A stretch of 64,000 nt of DNA from Geopsychrobacteraceae bacterium (GTDB lineage: Bacteria > Desulfobacterota > Desulfuromonadia > Desulfuromonadales > Geopsychrobacteraceae): positions 704,001-768,000 of the forward strand of contig CAXXTB010000002.1 of the NCBI GenBank assembly GCA_963676795.2. The letters are read 5' to 3'. Made by a program: the position numbers and the translations under genes. A model generated the notes under the pieces. The model made no database searches, was not told where the DNA came from, and saw nothing but the letters and a program-made list of their open reading frames with translations. Of the stretch, positions 59,811 to 64,000 are shown piece by piece; within the stretch, counting starts at the first letter, position 1, and the number at the start of each line of letters is the position of its first letter.

Positions 59811-60036
59811 TTCCCCCTTTGTCACCGCTGGAGCGTAGAGGCGATCGGCTGAATCAAGCGAGGAATGTTTGAGGGGGCGAAGCCGCCGAGTTTTGCGAGC
59901 GCAGCCGGGCATTGCGTAGCGGAAGGAACCTGCCGCAGGCAGGCGGGGGGGGGCATTGGGGCGGGGTCTTTTGGTTACTTTTTACGACCTGAAGCAGAAA
60001 AGTAACTCGTCCGGCGGGACGAGACCCGCCGGTTTT
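59811..60036 (-). repeat. structured repeat, subtype 2, reverse orientation
   Basis: Same module order on the reverse strand (AAAACCGGCGGG..CCCGCC, TTACTTTT..AAAAGTAA, AAACTCG..CTCAAACA). Confidence 0.75.
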
Positions 60037-60045
60037 GGCTTTCTA

Positions 60046-60534
60046 TTAATCCGTGAGCGATGTTCTTAACGGAAACGTCGACTTGAGTTCTGGAACGGTA
60101 ACAGGATCGGCAGAGTTAAGTAAGATCTCCCCATCTTTTGAAATTAGGTAGACTCGAAAGTCGTCTTTGCTGTGCACAAGGGATGGCAATTCGCCGGGCT
60201 TAATATGGTATCCATCACCAAAGCCTCCCTTGTCTGAGTAAATGACATAAATCAGTCCACGTTCTTCGGCACCGCCTGCAAATTCGCCAAAAATCTTTTC
60301 CTGTTTTTGAAATTTTATATTATTCCGGCCATTGGTTTTTATCAGGACAATTCCTGGTTTAAAGGCCATGCCGAAATTTCTCTGAAAGTCTTCAGATATG
60401 GTTGATGTTGAGTAGCGTGCATTTCCACTGTCGTAAAAGGTGAATTCAGCGGATTTTTGGGGGGTGGCACAGGCGTACAGTGTGAAAAGAACAAATACAA
60501 AAAAGAGGACAGTCCTGCAGGCAGAAGATTTCAT
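60046..60534 (-). CDS. lipoprotein, putative immunity protein
   Basis: Lipobox LYAC; ATGA overlap with the upstream L,D-TPase-like gene. Confidence 0.75.
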   Translation of the reverse strand: MKSSACRTVLFFVFVLFTLYACATPQKSAEFTFYDSGNARYSTSTISEDFQRNFGMAFKPGIVLIKTNGRNNIKFQKQEKIFGEFAGGAEERGLIYVIYSDKGGFGDGYHIKPGELPSLVHSKDDFRVYLISKDGEILLNSADPVTVPELKSTFPLRTSLTD

Positions 60535-60911
60535 TCAAAGACCTCTAATGTCAAGTTGGAGTCGGAGGCTGATGCTGCGATAGCATCGTAAAATGATTTA
60601 GCGTTGGAACGGATACCGATACATCCATTTGTTCCCGGAATATTGCCGTCGGGATGAATGCCTAGTCTTCCGTCAGTTTTGCCTCGGTCGGTTTGGAATT
60701 GCGGGTAGATCGGAATGAAGAATCCTTTACCGGTGGCGTCCTTGTAACCTAACCCTATTGTGGATGAGTAGGGGGTGATCTCACGCCGGCTGACTCTGTA
60801 TGTTCCAATGGGAAGTTTCCCTTTGCCGTGGGGCCCGCTTACCGCATCCCAGCGACCTTTTCCTGTCCAGGATAAAACTCCTGAAGTCCTTTTGAACGTC
60901 ATATCTGCCAT
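60531..60911 (-). CDS. L,D-transpeptidase-fold protein (Tlde1/DUF2778-like), copy 1
   Basis: AVSG..LPxGxY N-terminal motif and IHPDGNIPGTNGCIG His/Cys motif; no signal peptide; AAGGAG SD. Confidence 0.7.
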   Translation of the reverse strand: MADMTFKRTSGVLSWTGKGRWDAVSGPHGKGKLPIGTYRVSRREITPYSSTIGLGYKDATGKGFFIPIYPQFQTDRGKTDGRLGIHPDGNIPGTNGCIGIRSNAKSFYDAIAASASDSNLTLEVFE

Positions 60912-61099
60912 ATTTTCATTTCTCCTTCGTTAATTATTCATTTGTAAGTATAAAAATTTACATGGTTATTCGTTTTTGTCAACGTGAGCTTTTTTCCCTT
61001 AGAACTCTCAATATTGTCCGTTCCCGTTTCCCCCTTTGGCACCGCTGGAGCGGAGTAGTGGGAAATTCTGGGGTCATGGGAAATTCTGGGGTCAAGTCT

Positions 61100-61321
61100 T
61101 GCAATGCCACAAAACCGTGGGGGCGCGGCCCCACCGACGCCTTACTCTTTTCTCACGCCATAAAAGAGTAAGCAGAAAAGGGCGCCCAGCTCCTTGCCCT
61201 TCGGGTTCCCTCCATTCCGTCGAATTTTGCAGCGCAGAAAAAAACTCGCCTTGCGGCTCAGACAGTTTTTCTGCCTGATGCTGCAAAATCCAGCTCCATC
61301 CCGGCTGCGTCTCATGGGGGA
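61100..61321 (+). repeat. structured repeat, subtype 2
   Basis: Nearly identical to 59549-59770; preceded by tandem GGGAAATTCTGGGGTCA. Confidence 0.9.
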
Positions 61322-61512
61322 GGCCAGTCATAAGCCGTAAAGTTAAAGTCAGATTTGACCCCTTCGGCTCTCTTCAGCTCTTCTATAGAACGGAGCATCT
61401 GTAATTTATTTCGGGGTCGGACCAAGCCAACTGACTGATCTTGTTGCATAAAAACTAATATAGAGGTATATGTTTGTCCTTAGAAGGCTATTTTTACATG
61501 TGAAATCACGAT

Positions 61513-61803
61513 TTATATGTGACGTTCGAAATCCATGCGTTGATGCAGTATTCGGACAACATCTATCTGGGTATCTGTCACTTTGAAGAAGAAAATATGC
61601 GACCCGGATCGGGCTTTTCGATAACCGTCCCTGACATCGCTGATATCAGTTGAGGTCGTCGGATTCTGGGCTTGTTTCTGAATGGCTGTCCACAATTCTT
61701 GAATATATTTTTCCGCCTGTTCAATTCCTCATTCAGCCAGGGTTAAGTCCCATATCTGACTTAGATCTTCTTTTGCTTTGGGGGAGAGAACAATCTGTCT
61801 CAT
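61513..61803 (-). pseudogene. parE: ParE/RelE toxin with premature stop
   Basis: MRQIVLSPKAKEDLSQIWDLTLAE*GIEQAEKY...HIFFF...VVRILHQRMD; TGA at codon 25 (61729-61731). Confidence 0.85.
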
Positions 61804-62033
61804 AAGCTCAGGGATTTTTTCTTTTCTGAGATAAACTCATCAATATTCAGTTCCGTTGAAGGCCCAGAATTTTCACCTTCGATCAAGGCCAGTCGTAGCT
61901 GCTCAAGTTGCATGTGATCACGTCTGATCAGATCGCGGACATAGTCTGAAGCGTTGGCGTAGCGACCACTCTGGACGCACTCTTCAACCCAGGTCTTCAT
62001 TTGGTCCGGGAGTGAGATATTCATTGTTGCCAT
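61800..62033 (-). CDS. parD: ParD-family (RHH) antitoxin
   Basis: MATMNISLPDQMKTWV..SGRYANASDYVRDLIR..LIEGENSG; ATGA overlap with parE. Confidence 0.9.
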   Translation of the reverse strand: MATMNISLPDQMKTWVEECVQSGRYANASDYVRDLIRRDHMQLEQLRLALIEGENSGPSTELNIDEFISEKKKSLSL

Positions 62034-62129
62034 CTTGATCTCCTTTGTTGCGTTTCTTCTGATCAAATTATGGCAATCTTTGTCATTTGTCAATTCAGGC
62101 GCCATGAGATGCTGACAAGTCTTTGTCTC

Positions 62130-62606
62130 TTATTTCTGAACCATGTTTTCTATGCAGTGTGTTGAGACGAGATCACCACCAGGCATGACGTCCGAGAAAG
62201 TGTAAACGTCTGTAGATAAGACAGCAGCAGACCAGCCTGGAGAATGGATGTAGCCCGGATTGCAGTTTGCTGGCAGAGGAAAGGGCTTTCCGTCACCATC
62301 GACCCAGATATAGGCGACTTTGCTTTTTGTTTCAGATTCCCTAAAAATAAAGATATGGGATTTGGTTTCTGGGTAGAAGCTGCTGCGAATATAGATGTGA
62401 TCATTCAAAAACGGAGTACCGTCAGTCAGCTTTATGCCTCTCAGTGTTTTTTGGAGTTGAGTATCGTCAAGGCTTTGAAGGTATGAAATTGCCAGAGCGT
62501 TATTTTGCTCCAGATATTGATCCAGAGTCATTTCTGGCGCGGAAGCACAAGATGTGAAGAAAAACAGACTTGCGGTAACAATAATCCATTTAGATAAATG
62601 GCTCAT
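62130..62606 (-). CDS. lipoprotein, putative immunity protein
   Basis: Lipobox-like FTSC; TGATG overlap with the upstream L,D-TPase-like gene. Confidence 0.72.
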   Translation of the reverse strand: MSHLSKWIIVTASLFFFTSCASAPEMTLDQYLEQNNALAISYLQSLDDTQLQKTLRGIKLTDGTPFLNDHIYIRSSFYPETKSHIFIFRESETKSKVAYIWVDGDGKPFPLPANCNPGYIHSPGWSAAVLSTDVYTFSDVMPGGDLVSTHCIENMVQK

Positions 62607-62980
62607 CAGTCCATCACCTCCAAGGTTAAACTTGCATCCGATGCTGAGGCAGCAATTGCTTTATAGAAAGTTTCTGAATTTGATTGAAGACCAATACATC
62701 CAGCCGTTCCGTAGGGAGCGCCGTCTGGGTGTATGCCTAAGCGACCTCCGGATTTTCCGCGATCTGTGGAAAATTGTGGGAATATCGGAATGAAAAATCC
62801 TTTGCCATTTTTACCCTTGAAAGCTTTTCCTATATTGCTTGTATAGGGAGTGACCTCTCGTCTGCCGATTTTATATTGTCCGTTCGGAAGTTTATGCTTG
62901 GGACCGCTGACTGCATCCCAGCGTCCTACTCCTGTCCAGGTTAATGTTCTTGATTTGTGCTTATAGGTTAGATTAGCCAT
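62606..62980 (-). CDS. L,D-transpeptidase-fold protein (Tlde1/DUF2778-like), copy 2
   Basis: IHPDGAPYGTAGCIG; paralogue of 60531-60911; GAGGAGG SD; TTGACA-N17-TAACAT promoter near 63027-63055. Confidence 0.7.
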   Translation of the reverse strand: MANLTYKHKSRTLTWTGVGRWDAVSGPKHKLPNGQYKIGRREVTPYTSNIGKAFKGKNGKGFFIPIFPQFSTDRGKSGGRLGIHPDGAPYGTAGCIGLQSNSETFYKAIAASASDASLTLEVMD

Positions 62981-63128
62981 AAGGTTCCCCTCCTCGGTGT
63001 ATGGCAGCTATTAGCTAATGAATGAAATGTTACTATCTGTAATCATTGCTGTCAAATTCCAAAAGAAGTTGTGAGGTTACGAGCTAATATTGAATTTCGG
63101 GGACAGTAGATGGATATGTTCATAAGTC

Positions 63129-63327
63129 AAAACCGCGAGGTTTCGTCCCCGCACGCCGCCTTACTCTTTTATTGCGCCACAAAAAGAGTAAGCAGAAAAG
63201 AGGGAATTCTAGAGGGAATTCTAGGGTCAAGTCTTGCAATACCACAAAATCGCGGGGCTGTGGTTCCGCACGCCGTCCTACTCTTTTATCGCGCCATAAA
63301 AGTAAGTAGAAAAGGGTGCCCAGCTCG
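63129..63327 (+). repeat. two truncated tandem copies of the structured repeat 5' half
   Basis: AAAACCGCG..CCGCACGCCGCCTTACTCTTTT..AAAAGAGTAAGCAGAAAAG occurs twice, separated by GGGAATTCTAG x2 plus GGTCAAGTCTTGCAATACCACA. Confidence 0.8.
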
Positions 63328-63797
63328 CAGGCGCCTGCCAGGCCTCAACTGGATCTGCTGCACAAGGATCTGACTGGCCCATATTCCGATCCTTTTCGAC
63401 AAATAGCTTTGGCTATTCACTCTCAAGCGCTCGAAAATTTGTTCTCAGCCATATCCTTTTTCGCGACGATCCATAAGGTCCGACAGGCTCCACCCTCTAC
63501 AGGCTTCCTCCATTTGTTAGGCTATTGCAGGATAAAAGCATGATTGTAAATTGCTGATTTGTCTGAGAGATATGAAGAATTGTCAGGCGAAGTGAGCTAT
63601 AATAGTGACGCTGGTGCCAAATTGAAACGACCTCAATTTTATTCCAGAGAAGGGCTGCAGCCAGAATCGTTTTGCGATTTGAAGGATCTCAGGTAGGGTA
63701 CTTCAATTATTATGCTCAACTGGTTCTGGCGGCGTGTCTTGCCTATTCTGGTTTTGCAATCCAGGGTGAAGATAAATATTATATGGAGGCCACCTAG

Positions 63798-64000
63798 ATG
63801 ACCATTTCCAAGCCATCCCTGTTTATTCGTGTCCTGAAGGTCTTGTTGTCCAGATTCGGAAGGGTCATTGTTCGTGGCGCTGAACATTTGGACGGACAGG
63901 AAGGAAGGATCGTGGTGTGTAATCATGTCGGGTGGGCTGACCCTCTCTGGGTGGGATATGCCGCGCTACCGCATATTCTGCTTCAAATGGCCAAAAAGGA
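63798..64000 (+). CDS. PlsC-like lysophospholipid acyltransferase (5' part, runs off the window)
   Basis: MTISKPSLF...VVCNHVGWADP...MAKK; NHx4D motif; GGAGG SD. Confidence 0.85.
   Translation, partial: MTISKPSLFIRVLKVLLSRFGRVIVRGAEHLDGQEGRIVVCNHVGWADPLWVGYAALPHILLQMAKK

Noticed and set aside
59544..59852. Short ORFs over the repeats (also 3924-4265, 43118-43518, 60962-61331, 63110-63373)
   Set aside because: Translations of the repeat in several frames; start and stop positions are not conserved between copies.
61729..61731. In-frame TGA in parE as selenocysteine or recoding
   Set aside because: The position corresponds to a Trp rather than a Cys, no SECIS-like hairpin was recognised, and TGA is used as a stop throughout the window.
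59549..63327. Possible CRISPR array or classical integron
   Set aside because: Repeats are ~200 nt and irregularly spaced with gene-sized inserts; no cas or intI gene, and no RYYYAAC/GTTRRRY attC pattern was recognised.
63639..63926. 95-aa minus-strand ORF
   Set aside because: Overlaps the better-supported plsC-like gene on the + strand (NHx4D motif, SD).

Overview
This 64-kb window looks like chromosomal DNA of a GC-rich Desulfuromonadales-type deltaproteobacterium (Geobacter/Desulfuromonas relatives); the assignment is inferred from gene order and protein styles. Most of it is housekeeping: dapF-nfo-dtd, trxA, ccsA-hemACDB, metX with a SAM-I riboswitch, amt, gluQ, rho, rpmE-prfA-prmC-murA and hisGDBHAFE. 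It also holds a signalling block (multi-GAF sigma54 activator, HDOD kinase, REC-PAS-GGDEF-EAL, two hybrid kinases), a hydantoinase/oxoprolinase pair, an ABC-F, an EF-G paralogue and an SSS transporter locus. The most unusual part is the AT-rich stretch between hisE and a plsC-like gene (about 58.2-63.4 kb). It is an array of self-promoted two-gene cassettes: two paralogous L,D-transpeptidase-fold (Tlde1-like) proteins each coupled to a different lipoprotein, a third lipoprotein cassette, and a ParDE module with a dead toxin. The cassettes are punctuated by copies of a ~200-230 nt structured repeat and GGGGTCA/GGGGACA junction motifs, and no intact recombinase is present. Covarying relatives of the repeat occur at 3.9, 32.4 and 43.1-43.5 kb. 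Other notable signals: two candidate sRNAs whose terminator loops display an anti-Shine-Dalgarno CCTCCT, a 53-aa Cys-rich protein ending in a beta-clamp motif (QLDLF), two 34-35 aa membrane peptides behind the SSS gene, and a SET+GNAT pair between rho and rpmE. No rRNA, tRNA or CRISPR array was recognised. All calls come from reading motifs by eye; no database search was run.
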